In this document: positions 63,470 to 64,000 of the stretch, piece after piece
Numbering within the stretch: the first letter of the stretch is position 1
How the letters are laid out: each line of letters opens with the position of its first letter
DNA from: Octopus sinensis
Taxonomy: Eukaryota
NCBI RefSeq assembly: GCF_006345805.1
Contig: NC_043016.1
Span: forward strand, 20,832,001 to 20,896,000
Length of the DNA: 64,000 bases
Direction of reading: 5' to 3'
Made by a program: the position numbers and the translations under genes
Notes under the pieces: generated by a model
What the model was told of the DNA's origin: nothing
Seen by the model: only the letters and a program-made list of their open reading frames with translations
The model's database searches: none

Positions 63470-63754
63470 TTATATGGATTTCATAGACAGGAACTGAAAC
63501 AAATCAATCGTATATATATGTATATATGTAAGTGTATGTGTGTGTCTTTGTCTCTGTGTTTCGCTCTCATCACTGCTTCACAACTGCTGTTCATTTATTT
63601 ACATCCCCATAACTTACTGGTTTCACAAGAACAAACTAATAGAATAAGTACTAGGCTTATCAACATAAACAAAAGCACTAGGCTGTGTCTCATATTTTTG
63701 TTTGCCCACTCAGTTGTATCTATCAATTTATCTTTGTATGTGTGTGTGTATCTA

Positions 63755-63789
<35 letters not shown>

Positions 63790-63794
63790 CTATC

Positions 63795-63837
<43 letters not shown>

Positions 63838-64000
63838 CACCCTAATGGGGGCCTTAACTCCCAAATTTTAGCCATTTCTTTTATGATCCAAAACTAGGTC
63901 AAAAGTACTGAATGGATCTTTATGAAATTTGGAAATTATACTCTATGCACAAGGGTCATAACCCCCATGACAATTCATATATTTTTGCTGTTGATGAAAT

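Overview
Eukaryotic, AT-rich, microsatellite-dense DNA. The repeat landscape (RTE LINEs with (GAT)n tails, tRNA-SINEs, Penelope elements, many mariners, long (TA)n/(CA)n arrays) looks cephalopod, probably Octopus; this is inference from appearance only. One host gene is recognisable: ACBD3 (Golgi GCP60; ACB, coiled-coil, Q and GOLD domains) on the minus strand. I traced 9 coding exons by hand: join complement(31446-31605, 26721-26862, 25732-25872, 22891-23004, 21027-21114, 17493-18756, 11059-11180, 9669-9855, 7003-7316). All introns are GT-AG and the phases are consistent (1,2,2,2,0,1,0,1). The CDS is 2532 nt, or 843 aa, including one 1264-nt low-complexity exon. A probable first exon and CpG-rich promoter lie at about 44.2-44.4 kb. 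The rest is transposon debris: RTE, CR1/L2, Penelope, a Hero-like R2 fragment, Tc1, four mariners, MITEs and SINEs. The most notable points are a C4HC3 PHD-type finger inside RTE ORF2, apparent insertion of that RTE family into (TA)n arrays, decayed hammerhead-like motifs in Penelope ends, an exact 58-bp locally templated insertion, and several long hairpins. I recognised no other host coding gene. Boundaries of old repeats are approximate, and family names come from recognised motifs, not database searches.
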